Assembly: GCF_000181795.1 (NCBI RefSeq)
Contig: NW_003526945.1
Coordinates: 5,497,656-5,561,655, forward strand
DNA length: 64,000 nt
Origin: Trichinella spiralis
Taxonomy: Eukaryota
Direction of reading: 5' to 3'
Below the pieces are notes generated by a model, which was not told where the DNA came from, searched no databases, and saw only the letters and a program-made list of their open reading frames with translations. The position numbers and the translations under genes are program-made. Below, piece by piece: positions 11,901 through 23,900 of this stretch (position 1 is its first letter; the number at the start of each line of letters is the position of its first letter).

Positions 11901-13399
11901 TCAGGAAAAGATGTCCTGTATTTGAAAATCACCGAATACACTTTCACGCACCACTTGGGATTCAGACCTCCTAAATCAATTGCACAATATAGCAACAAGA
12001 GATTCAAATAATCTGCTTGCTCACCAGCAAAAGCGTAAGGGAGACACTCGAATTTATCAGGGCTCATCGTGTAATCAGAAAGTAGAATACTTGGCAACAT
12101 TTTATCGTTGTATCCTTCAACAAGCAAAAAATATTCATTGCCATCTGAAAAAAAACGACACATAAAGAAACAAAAAATGCACATTCGATTATATGGAAGC
12201 TACTCGAAGTTGGGGACCACCAGAATCCTTCCTGTCGATTGAATTCTTCTCGTATTATATAAGGTGGAAGACCGTAAGACCAACTTTGACGTGACGGAGA
12301 ATGTTCTAATAATGAAAATCACCAGTCAACAATTATGATGGATAAAAATGAATGACAGATACATTTTCAAATTCGAACCACAACAAACACAGAAGATAAT
12401 AAAAGATAATCAATTAATTGTATTCAGCGAGATAAGGAAATCTTGCGACTTCCACTGAACAACTGAATTACTTGGATTTGCTTTGCGCATCCTTGATGCT
12501 CGATGACAAAAATATCATCGAACAGTGAAACGGATGCAAAATATTAATGATTTAATAATCAAAGATAAAAAAGAAAGAATAAATAACAAAGATACGCAGG
12601 CATTACCCAATGTGACGGGCACCGCTCCAGTAGAAACGTGGACATTTCTGTCGGCCACAAACGCGAAAAGCCTTTCATTGCCAGGACATACAGTTATATT
12701 TTCCGGAACGAGAGGATCAATATTGACAAGACACTGAATTCGTCGTTTGTCCTCAAATTAATTAATTAATTAATTAATTAATTATAAACAGAACAAATAT
12801 TGCTTGAATTTCTCTCACCAGCGGTACTTCATCAACTAGTCGCATCAGACGGCTTTCCTGAGAATAATAGAACGAATTGCTGGCAACGTGACGGGAAAAT
12901 TTGCACATGTTGAAATCCAACGGATACTGAATAATGTGATCACGACTGTCGTCTGTGGGCGGATGCTGGAGTTGGAAGGAAAGAAGGGCAAAAAAAAAGA
13001 AAAAAAATCATTCTAAAACAGAACCACAACCCGCCGGACAATACGAACGTAAGTATTGCAGAGCGTCTTCCAGAATGGTGGACCAACTGACCGTAGCTTG
13101 CAGTTCCTGTCGACCACGATGTCGGTGTACAGCAGTCGACTGCCCAGTTCGCGTTCCAAGAAGCCGAAGCTGTACAAACGGAAAATGCGATCGTTCGGCA
13201 GGTGAGGGGAATTTTCCAATTTGGGCAGATGGTCAATGGCGTCCTGGTGGTCAAGCCTTTCGATGAAGCTGCGGAACGTCAAGTAGTGCGTGCGAAAGTA
13301 CCAATCGCGCAGGTCCACCTCCATGCGGTACAGGTGCGATAATTCCAACAGCTCTGGAAAACTGTACTCTTTTCTCTGCTTTGATGTTTCCTCGTCCAT
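8910..13399 (-). CDS. DPP9: Dipeptidyl peptidase 8/9-like (S9B prolyl oligopeptidase family), multi-exon
   Basis: Exonic motifs FVYGGPCAQMV, VDGRGSAYRG, nucleophile GWSYGGY split by an intron near 9600-9661, WHLYDSAYTERYMGMP, LMHGLKDQNVHF (Asp), FPNERHG (His); propeller motif VPWAEYLVNAGWLPDG. Start placed at ATG 13399 after a TTTTTAG acceptor; the true 5' end is uncertain. Confidence 0.9.
12756..12783. repeat. (AATT)7 microsatellite inside a DPP8/9 intron
   Basis: Seven perfect AATT copies read directly. Confidence 0.95.
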
Positions 13400-14055
13400 C
13401 TTCGGTGCGTTCTCTTCCGTTCGGTGTTCCAAACTAAAAAATAATAGTAATAAAAAGGAAGAAAAAATTTTAAATCTTAAATCTCTTTAAAAAATAATTA
13501 TAAATCGTAAATGTAGAGAAGAGATCCAAAGAAAAAAATAGTACAGACGGATAGGCCGGCCAACAATACTAATGCAATAAACAAATACAAAACAACAAAT
13601 ATAAATAAAAACAACAAAATATTCATTTTAATATACACACATATGCGCACATAATATAATGTAACATAATTTTCATCCTAAAGTACAAATTATTGTATGC
13701 AAGTTCCTCGTTTTTCACATTTCAACTTGCACATATATACATATATTAATGGTCACCAGACTGACTGCCCAAGAAAACAAAATCTTCTCACAACTGCATT
13801 TCATCATCACTTTCACCAGACAAATTTCAGTTCTGAAAAAAATAAAACTTGACAAAGTGAAAACATTTCTAAAACGGCACGTTTTATCGCATTACAAAGT
13901 AAATACAATTTTCTTTTTCACTACGTGATCTGGCCGTATGCAACGCTAATCCAGCCCAAAAAGTGCGCTGCTGAAAATGCAAATCAAAAATGGTGTCTGT
14001 AAGTTAAAATACAATAGTAGCAAAGCTTTACGGCTTCCCAAAGAAAAAGCCTCAG

Positions 14056-16163
14056 TCAACGATAATAAGACTTAGGTGGAGCAAATTCTGGATCGCGTTC
14101 TTCTCTACGTTCTTCTATCCAACTTGTCCCTAAAGTAAAGTAAATTAAAATCAAACACATATTATATAGCATATTCACAAAACAATTATTTCAGTAATAC
14201 TTTTCTTCTTGATTTCATCCCATGGTCGAACGTGGATTGCCCGCCTTTTAGCCCGTTCTTCATCTTCGGCTTTCTGTTCATCGGGAGCATCATCCGGCAT
14301 TGGAATATCATCGACGTTCTTCTCATCTTCTGTCATGTTTGGGAAAACTAGAAAATTTACATCACAATGATTGTTTTTTAAAAAATCATTTCTAAAGGAC
14401 AAATTTTTATAAAGTATCTTCCACAACTGTCAACAAATTTTAATTCCGACTACATTTAGCATAATCTTACGCTCTGGAAATGAACCAATTTGACGTCTCT
14501 CTGCAACTTTTTCAAGTCGAGCTTTCAAAAGCAACTTTCTTTTCTCCCGTATTCTTTCATTTTTCGCTCGATGTATCAAAGTCTAAAAAAATATCATGTC
14601 AAATGCATAAATAATCAAGATACATATATATATTTTTTTAAGGAGAACCAATTAAACAAAAACAACATCTAAACTGCAATATGCTATCAAGAACGTTCAA
14701 CAACAGAACTGCGCTAAAATTTAATTAGCATTACATAAAATGTAAACAACAATATAAATTAATACTAAATGTGACAAAAAATATTAATAACCTGCTGACG
14801 AGCTTCGTCTAACATTTTCATTTGTTCCTGACGTTTTTGTTCATCAAGTGAAAATTCATAGTATGATGCACCATGTACAATGGGTTCTGCAAGCAGTAAT
14901 CGCAGGATTATGTAACCAACAAAAAACAACAACAACAACAGACGAACCGTTTCCAAGAACATGCTGATAGTGAACAGGAGCCGCACCAGTTGAAGAGGTA
15001 ACTTCATTTTCCCATTTTTGCCTTTGCAGCTCTCGTTTCATATCTTTAGACATCAGTTCCGTTTCCGAATTCCAAGAAACACCGTGCTGAGATCTATTCA
15101 ATATTGACATTATAAATACAATAATACCTAAAATCATACATACCGCAAAGAATTTTTATCGTCTATTGCTTTCATCTTCGGCAAATCTTTCTTTAAACAA
15201 ACGCGATTCCTTCCAGCAAAATCAGTGTACTCCACCCATTCATCACCAAGTTTTGATGCTTCAAAAGATTTCTTGCTTGACAAAGAGCTTTCTTCGTCGG
15301 ATACTTCGCTATCCGATGAGGACTGTAACTTATCTTTCTGCTCAAAATTAACCAGATACGTTGTTTCGTTGTATACATCAGGTTCATCTAACTCATAAAA
15401 ACATCAATATATTAAAATAATTCCAAGCACAAAGAACAACATTCATAAACACTGCACATAAGAAAACAAAGTAAGCTAACAATAAAATATGATTGAAATT
15501 TTTTCAGCAAATCAATATTATACCAATCTTTCTTTATTGCAAATACTATAGCATACTGTAATACGATGCCATCGCCCCACCCATATAAATTCTTTGTCTG
15601 AAATAGTTATTTACTTAAATAAAAGATATAAAAGTAATAAATATATCTAAGAATTTACAAATAAAAACTATAAATTATATAGAATACAATAAAAATAACT
15701 ACTACTATTGCTGCTACCAAGAACAATATTTGAAATCGATACCCTTCTTAATTCCTGCCTTCAACTGTTCGTAAAGTGCTGCTTTCTCTTGCAATTTCTG
15801 CTTAGACTGCATCAACTGTCGTTCCCTTTCAAATATTTCTGGATCAGATAAATTCTTTTTCGCAGCTTTAGACGTATTGGCTTCCTTCATCAACCGGCGT
15901 CGTTCTGCCAATATTGGCTAAAATAAAAATAATAAAAAAAACCATAATATATAGTAAACGTAGTATTACCTTTCCTTTCACGTACAAATCAGATGCATTA
16001 TATTGATTAGAATCTTTTTTCTTCGCTAGAAGTTCCTTTCTTTTGTGCAATTCAGCTTTCAAATCAAAGAGCTAAATCATAAGTTCAATTATTAAACTTA
16101 TTTTTTACAAATAAAAAATGCTTAAAATACCGTTGAAACGCTAGGCTTCATTGTACCAGACAT
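14056..16163 (-). CDS. CCDC174: Coiled-coil domain-containing protein 174 orthologue, multi-exon
   Basis: Motifs LFDLKAEL, KLQEKAALYEQL, WVEYTDFAGRNR, LMSKDMKRELQRQKWE, PVHYQHV, HVRPWD and C-terminal ERDPEFAPP match CCDC174 as recalled; ATG 16163, TGA 14058-14056; canonical GT-AG introns. Confidence 0.85.
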
Positions 16164-16759
16164 TTCCCTGAAGACGATTATATTTCTTGAAAGACTAAAA
16201 TACAAAAAAGCAATAAATTGATATTAAGAATTTAAGAAGCATTTTAATATATAAAAATCTACTCTAATCAGCAGACTGAAACCAAGAAAAAAATTTTAAC
16301 ATAAATACTGAAATGACAATTTAAATAGAATCACATTTATCCAAATACAGTCGGTGACACATCCTAAGTAAATCAGAGCGGGTAAATAATAATTTAAAGA
16401 TTCATAACAAAATAAGCTTTCAAGAAGAATAATTCAAGACAAAAAAATAACACCATCTAACAAAACCAATTATCCCACCGCAATACGTGTCCAATCTTAC
16501 AGTAAAGATTGGCTATAACATGCTTTAATTTGATAAAATAGTATTATAAATTAATATTCGTTTATACTACAAGCATTTTTAATGTAAAATCAATCATACA
16601 AATGCAATATTCAGCACCTACCTTTATGTTATACATCTACTTAATTACAGTAACGCTACAGTATGAATAACGATAATGATTTTTTTTATTACAAAAATAA
16701 GGACATTTTTATATTTTATTAGAAATAATTTTAAAAAATTAAAAAAATTTTAATGTACC

Positions 16760-17128
16760 TGTTGGTGACAAAACCGCTGTCGCCTGCGAACCAGTGGACT
16801 GTAATTCTATTCGGCGGTAGGTCAAATCAACAGTGATAACCTAACCGCAATCTGGTTCAGGTTCACTTCTGAACGTAATGCAAAACGAAACAAAACGGTG
16901 GAATCACACACTATATTCAGTGAAGGTGCAAGCTGGGGAACATGAAGGTGCAAGCTGAGGAACAGGTACAAACGGGCAGGGATGACTCACAACTAAGTAC
17001 ACTAAAGCACATTCACAAAACAGAACGTTTATCACCGTCACTACTCCCCAGATCACGCATTCGCTCCAACTCACAAACTCCTATACATCCGGTAACTACC
17101 GTACCCTGAATTCAGGTACTAAACAACA
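16760..17128. mobile_element. Probable solo LTR (369 bp, TGTTG...CAACA termini)
   Basis: GC-elevated block in AT-rich intergenic DNA bounded by inverted TGTTG/CAACA; internal 22-bp near-perfect tandem duplication 16921-16964. No target-site duplication found. Confidence 0.55.
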
Positions 17129-19818
17129 GGATTCGTAATCGAAATAATTTCCAGCAGTTCCATTTTCTAATAAAGTAGTAAAAAATTATCGAAAATGTTT
17201 TGATTTTGCAAAACTTTGTTTTCATTTTATAATGTAACAGAATTACAATCAGAACTGAACTTGAAAGGTGCAAGGCATGCATGTCAGAAAATTTGTTGGT
17301 AGATGAACAATACCGCATACTCTTTTTTGCCTGAAACTAGTGACTGTTAAGAGAAAAATCGAAAAAATAACAGGAAATCAGTTTTATCTGAGGGTCTAAA
17401 TTTTAAGCTGCATGGTTAATAACAGTTATAATAATTTGCATAATACTGATTCAGTGATCTTCAATGATCGAACTCGGTGCTGCAAATCCTTGCAACTTAA
17501 CTTGCAACGGTGCTGTTTTAAAACTGTGCTTGATGAGCCACCGGGTGAAATTTTTACCAAGTGTTGGACAATTCTGATTAAAGTTGTGAATTTATTGAAT
17601 TTTTATTTTGAACAAATTTTAGTTCAAGTCAAACACAAAGACCAAAATGGAGTGATATTATTATTAATCAATGTTTGTAATGATGAAAGCATGCAAACGA
17701 CGAAATGCTTTATTTTCATTTTTAAGACCTAATAATTCAAAGTTTCTTTTAAAAAACTATCAATGGAATGCTGAATTTTGCTAGTGGCTAAATAAAAGTA
17801 TTTCCATTTGTTACTTTCAAATTTAAAGAACAAAATTCAAACAGGCATACCTGCACTGCGCTGTACACAGCAAGTTACACTGAAATACTGCACGTTCACT
17901 GTTGACAAGTGAGAAAACAATTTCAAATATTTCAGTTGGTAATCTTTTTTTCACACATTTTCTAGATACAAGTAGAAATATTTCTTTGCAGTTTTCATAC
18001 TGAATAGAAAAGAATTGATTTATTGAATAATGCAGATTGTGACGACAGATTTATACGTTGTTCATATTTTTTTAATCTTTTATTATACAAATTACTTTTT
18101 TGATCAATACAAATAGCATTATTTATTTAAAAGCAAAGTTGATATTTTTTCGATTATTATCATCGAAGATATCATTAGTAAAAGTTTTGCACATTTTTTG
18201 CAATCAAAAAGAATTAATAGAATAAATAATATTTGATTTTTATCATCATTTTCAATATTATTGCAGTGTGTTTATCAATGATAAAAAGCAAAATGTAACG
18301 CATCCAAATGGAAACACAGTTAATAATTAAACTTCTCCCGAACATTGCGTTATTGATGTGCATCAATGAGAAATGCTGAATAATATTGAGTTATTTTGTT
18401 ACACAAAGTTCAAGATTGTGTAGAATTTAATAAGCACTTTATTCGTTTGTAAAAAAGGCTTCTGTTCTTGCTTTTTGTTAATTTATTTTTCAAAGTAATA
18501 TTGTTTATAATCAATTGCCATATTTTTAGCATAATTTTATCCGCATAATCAGCAGCAGTAGTATGATTTTGTTGCAAGGTGATGGTTCTTTTACTGTTTC
18601 AATCGATTGTCGTTTTTTATGCGGTTACATTTAAGTATCATTTATCTGTTGGATTTTTATATTTACAACACCAGCTTGCTTGTTGGGACGTGAAAATAGA
18701 AATTTGTTCTTTGTTAACTTATCTTTATTTGATTATCAAGAATGAATAATTTGTACATATGAGAAATAATTTTTGTTGTTCTATTTATGTGCGGAAGGAA
18801 TTAACGTGAATAAGAAATTTAAAATATCCTCAGATTGATCTTAAGTTACAGAATTGGATGTTTATTTATCTATTTGCATATGATCGAAATGCAGATGCAA
18901 TTTGCTTTAAGCACATGGTTACGTGGATGTTTCGTCGCCGCAAGCGGCGTAAATCATCACCGTTGATGCTGTCAATCAAGACGTGATCGAATTTATGAAA
19001 ATTGACGTTGATGCATGCGCAGACTAAACTACTAAAGACGAGACTGTCGTCGACCGGCCTTGCAAAATAAATAGAATTTTAAAATTGGGGGAGAAATCAA
19101 GAAAAAAAATTTTTTCTTTCATTTGTTTATTTTAACTATTACCGTATCCTTGCAATCATTATTTCTTTGCAATATCGAATGTGAGAACAAAAATTTGGTC
19201 GAACAGTTTCATAAAATAATGAACTGCTCTTTATGATTATTATCATATACGTGCCCGCCGGTCATTTTATTTAACGCTGGCCATTTTATTTTTCCTGTAT
19301 AAGTCAAAAAATCATTCAATAATATGTTGTTTTGATTTTACTCATAACTTGTTTTTCCAGAAATAAAGTATATCACGTTAATAAAAAAATTTTTGACAGC
19401 AGCATTGATTTGTTGCATTTTTCAGTACCGTTTAGGCTGAAATTACAAATTGAAATATGTATTATTATTATTATTATTATTATATTAGAACTTCTTTTGT
19501 AATTCGTTTTTTAAATTAAAATTTTTATCCCTACATTTTGAATAGAAATTAAAAGATGTTACTGACGGTAGTTACAAAAATGATTGTCAAGTATATTTGC
19601 TGACAAACAAGTCATTGCGAATGATCATCGCGGCTGTGCGTGCACGCGCGTCGACTAGTTCGGAGTTTGTTGTTGCTGCGGTGACGTTGTTGCCAACGTC
19701 TGTTGATTTCGCATTCTTTTTCCCTTGTCCACACATATGAGCTTGATTATTTCCTTATTATTGTTGTTGTTATTTGTTTTTTAGACGCTTACTTATTTCT
19801 TTTTGTTCAACAGGGACA

Positions 19819-21284
19819 ATGGCCAGTTATTCGACATATTTGACTCGTGAGAAGGAAGAAGAATTGAGAGCCATCGCCAAGGCAATCGTCGCACCCGGCA
19901 AAGGTATTCTTGCTGCCGACGAGAGTACAGGTTGGTTTTTAGAAAGAGAAAATTTTTTGTTTTTTCAATTTAAGCTGGTGATTATTTTGCATGAAATAAG
20001 ACTAAAAATTGCGCTATTCTGTTTGTTTCAGGCAGTATGGCGAAACGGCTCGCCCCGATTGGACTTGAAAACAACGAAGAAAATCGACGCAAATATCGTC
20101 AAGTGTTGTTTACTTGCGATCCTTGCATGGCAGAGAACATATCTGGCGTGATCATGTTCCACGAGACAATGTACCAGAAGACCGACAGTGGTCAGAGTTT
20201 TGTGGACCTTCTTCGCAGCCGTGGAATTATCCCCGGAATTAAAGTGGACAAAGGTGTTGTCCCGTTGGCCGGCACAATCGACGAAGCAACTACACAAGGT
20301 ACTGGATGATTCAGATTTTTTCTGCAATTCAAATATTGACGATACATTGATTGATATAGGTCTTGACGATTTGAATGCTCGTTGTGCACAGTATAAGAAG
20401 GACGGTGCACAGTTTGCAAAATGGCGTTGCGTGTTGAAAATCGGCCGCAACACACCGTCTCATTTGGCCATGATGGAAACAGCGAACGTGTTGGCTCGTT
20501 ATGCCAGCATTTGCCAGCAGGTAGAAATGCGAATGTTTTTTTCTATTCCTCAACTTGACGACTTTTTTATTTTACGATTGTGTGTTTTGCAGAATGGTCT
20601 GGTGCCGATTGTGGAGCCGGAAACACTACCAGACGGCGATCACGATTTGGCTCGATGCCAAAAAGTCACCGAAACCGTGCTCGCTTACACTTACAAAGCG
20701 CTGTCAGATCATCACGTATTTTTGGAAGGTACTTTGCTGAAGCCGAACATGGTCACACCGGGCCAGTCTTGCCCGGTACGTGCTACACCTGAAGAAATTG
20801 GTCTGGCCACTGTCACCGCTCTGCAGCGTACTGTACCGGCTGCTGTTCCTGGTGAGAAGTTTTTTCTTTTCTTTTAATTTTATTGTTTGAAATTTTCAAA
20901 CGTCATTTGTCAATACTTGAAGGTGTTGTGTTCTTGTCTGGTGGACAGTCCGAAGAAGAGGCAACAGTGAATTTGAATGCGATCAATCAAGTACAAGGCA
21001 AAAAACCGTGGGCCTTGACTTTCAGCTACGGTCGAGCGTTGCAAGCAACCGTATTGGCAACTTGGAAAGGGCAGCCGGAGAATGTTCAAGCTGCACAAGC
21101 GGAATTCATCAAACGCGCAAAGGTTGACATTTTTATTTTCTTGCAGACAAATTTGCATTGCTTGCTTATTTTTACAAATTTTTGTTTTCAGGCCAACGGT
21201 TTGGCGGCGCAAGGCAAATACAGTGGCCAGTACGCGAGCAATAAATCCAAAGAAAGTTTGTTCGTAGCTGGACATGCATACTGA
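19819..21284 (+). CDS. aldo: Fructose-bisphosphate aldolase, class I; exons 19819-19930, 20032-20298, 20360-20520, 20593-20851, 20923-21122, 21192-21284
   Basis: [35 protein letters not shown], Schiff-base motif [34 protein letters not shown]-terminal HAY; all introns GT-AG and in phase. Confidence 0.98.
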
Positions 21285-22999
21285 AAGTTTTTCATGATTA
21301 CTGAGTGGATTTTTAGAAATTTTCCACGTCACTATTATTTAGTTTGCGTAAATTTATTGAATGAATAATAATTTTAGTAGGTGTTGTTTTGATGGTGGTA
21401 TTCGTTATCTTCCTCCCCTCTCAGATGAATGTAGATTTCTGTTTGACAACACATTTTGCCAAGTTGCCATTTTAAATGGCCATTATCAGCTCGTTAAATC
21501 CAAATAGGCAAGCAACACTGTGTGAATGGATGGCAATTTTCCAGTTATTCTAGATTATTCTATTCTATTTAATTGTGATAGACTTTATCTTATTCTGTCA
21601 TTTTTTCCATTCTGAAAATGATCTGCATAGTGTTGTGATTGATTTAATTGGTGAATAAAATTTTTGTCTTTGACTTTGTTTTGCATCATTTTTGAAATGT
21701 CGATGAAAAAAAGACTGAAGAGTTGTTTTTCGTCAATATAAATTTGATTATACAAGTTGTTTGTTAGTTCATTTTATTTATATGCTGTCTTTTGGGTTAT
21801 TTTTGATTTGACGACTTGTTTTTGAATATGACGTTAACAATGTTTGTCATTTGTTTTCAACGAAACCCACTCTGTGAGCTGGGTGGAATTTAAAATTGCT
21901 CCCTTGAAAATGTTTATTTCCAATGTGCAAGTGGAAATTTAAAGTGGAGGATGTGGAAAAACAATCGTGAAAGAGCAGTTTTTCTGTCGACAGCGTATTT
22001 GTTGTTAAAACGAAGCAATCGATACGATTGATACGAACGCAAGCGGCCAGCCAACAGCTGATTGTGACGGAATTTATCGATCGGCATGTAATTCTTCGGC
22101 CTAGCAGGCAGACTAAACCAAACGATGTTTACTACTATTGGGCTGCTGTTTGAAAAGATGCTCGGCTGTTGGGGAGAAATTAGATCGTAGCTTGAAGCTG
22201 ATTATGTTCAATAAATTTCAAAACAACATTCAACTTTTGAAACTGGAAACTGCTTTTACACTTGATCGCGCTTTACGTGATTGTCTGTTGTTGTTGTTTT
22301 TCGCATTTACTGACAAATTATAAAAAGGACAGAGACATTAAATTTATTATTTTCGATAAAATGTCATGAAAAAAAGATGCCAAGCCGAATTACAAGATTT
22401 TTTGTTAAACAGAAATATCACTGCTTCAATGTTACTTACTTATCATTTATTTGCATAATCACAGTGCATATTAAATTGTGTGGATTATCAAAAAATTAAG
22501 TTGTTATCTAAATGTAAATTTTTTTAGTCTATATTTCTGAAAACAATAATATTTTTGAAAAGCACTGATTTCAATTTATTTTTGTTGTAAACACGTACAG
22601 TATCTACTACCTGATTATCTTCACACCGTAATCACGAGATATGTGGAGTTGCGGTGACGTGCGTTGGACTCTTTGGTGACGTGCGTGTCCTTTGTTTTTC
22701 AGCCGAGTGGTCAATCTATCGTGTTACGATCTTGGTTTCAGTGTTTTTTGCCCACCTGTTTGAGTTTTTTTAAAGGAACGATGTGAACAATCAACTGAGT
22801 TTTGTTGATTCACGCTTGATGTTCAAGGAAGACAATCGCGTATGAGCAGTTAGAATGGCGTTTGAGGGAATCGAAAATACCGTCTACTAAAATTGAAGAA
22901 CAATTTTCTCGTCATTGCGTTCGCAACCTTCTGGTCCATGACCCGAAGCTGGGTAATTGCAACGAAACAGTAAGCTTCGGATAGCATGCAGTAAGTTTT

Positions 23000-23900
23000 C
23001 CGGATGAGCGAACAGTGGATCGAGGTTCCAACGAATCAGGAAGAGTTTGGAACATCCTGTGGCAACGAGAGTCGACACTCTCACGTTTCATTTACCAGAA
23101 AGTGTGGTGCCGTCGACCACTTGGACAGTGGCTGTTTTGGATAGAAAAGTTGGAAGATTTGCATCATTATATGGATCACTTTTCATCGGGCCTGTATTCA
23201 GGTTCATATGGAAGATAATGACATGATTGACGTGTACGTCTTCGCGGAGGCATCTGAGAAGGAATAAGAATGGATGGTCTACCTCCGTCTGGTTCTCAAG
23301 GATGATCGAACTGAGGTTTGTTTCATCGCGACTGAATCAAGGCTAGCTCTGATAAAAGGTCTCAGCTTACCACGACTGGAACTCATGGCGGCTCTGGTGC
23401 GCTCACGGTTGATCATCTATGCGAAAAGGGAACTGGCGATGAGCATTCCACACAGTGACCGATGCTTTGAAAGCGCGTTTCCAATCAACAATGGCTAACG
23501 ACGAACGACGGTGGAAGCTGTTCGTAGCCAACAGAGTAAAGGAGATTCAAGATCTCTCCCAACTGTTGGAGACGCTGTCGTATGAAAGACAATCCACCAG
23601 ACTTGGTCAGCAGGGGCTACCCGTTGCACACACTTCTTGCGTACATCGTGTGGTGACCAGAGCTGGACATCAATGGCATTCTGGGCCAAGCAGAGACCGA
23701 AAGCCTCAGATGAACATCACTGCTGTCTATAATCACGTCGTTGAGGCGGAACATGGAGGACGTCATCGACCCAACACGTTTCAGCAAGTTTGAGAAACTT
23801 CTGCGGCACATTTTACCCATATTTTATCCAGAACGCGCTGGCACGCACCAACAAAGCTACGGTTTTGATCTCAATATGATTGGAAATTGATACGTATCCA
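23000..23900 (+). mobile_element. Decayed BEL/Pao LTR retrotransposon fragment (RNase H / peptidase A17 region)
   Basis: Disrupted motifs VYVFAEASEKE*EWMVYLR, KGLSLPRLELMAA, RWKLFVANRVKEIQ, KDNPPDLVSRG, IDPTRFSKFEKLLR in shifting frames; flanks ~22600-24330 are also GC-elevated and may belong to it. Confidence 0.9.

Noticed and set aside
19144..19151. GTATCCTT U12-type donor upstream of aldolase with TTCCTTAT near 19751
   Set aside because: An 8-mer like this is expected a few times by chance in 64 kb and the branch site is imperfect and distant from the AG.
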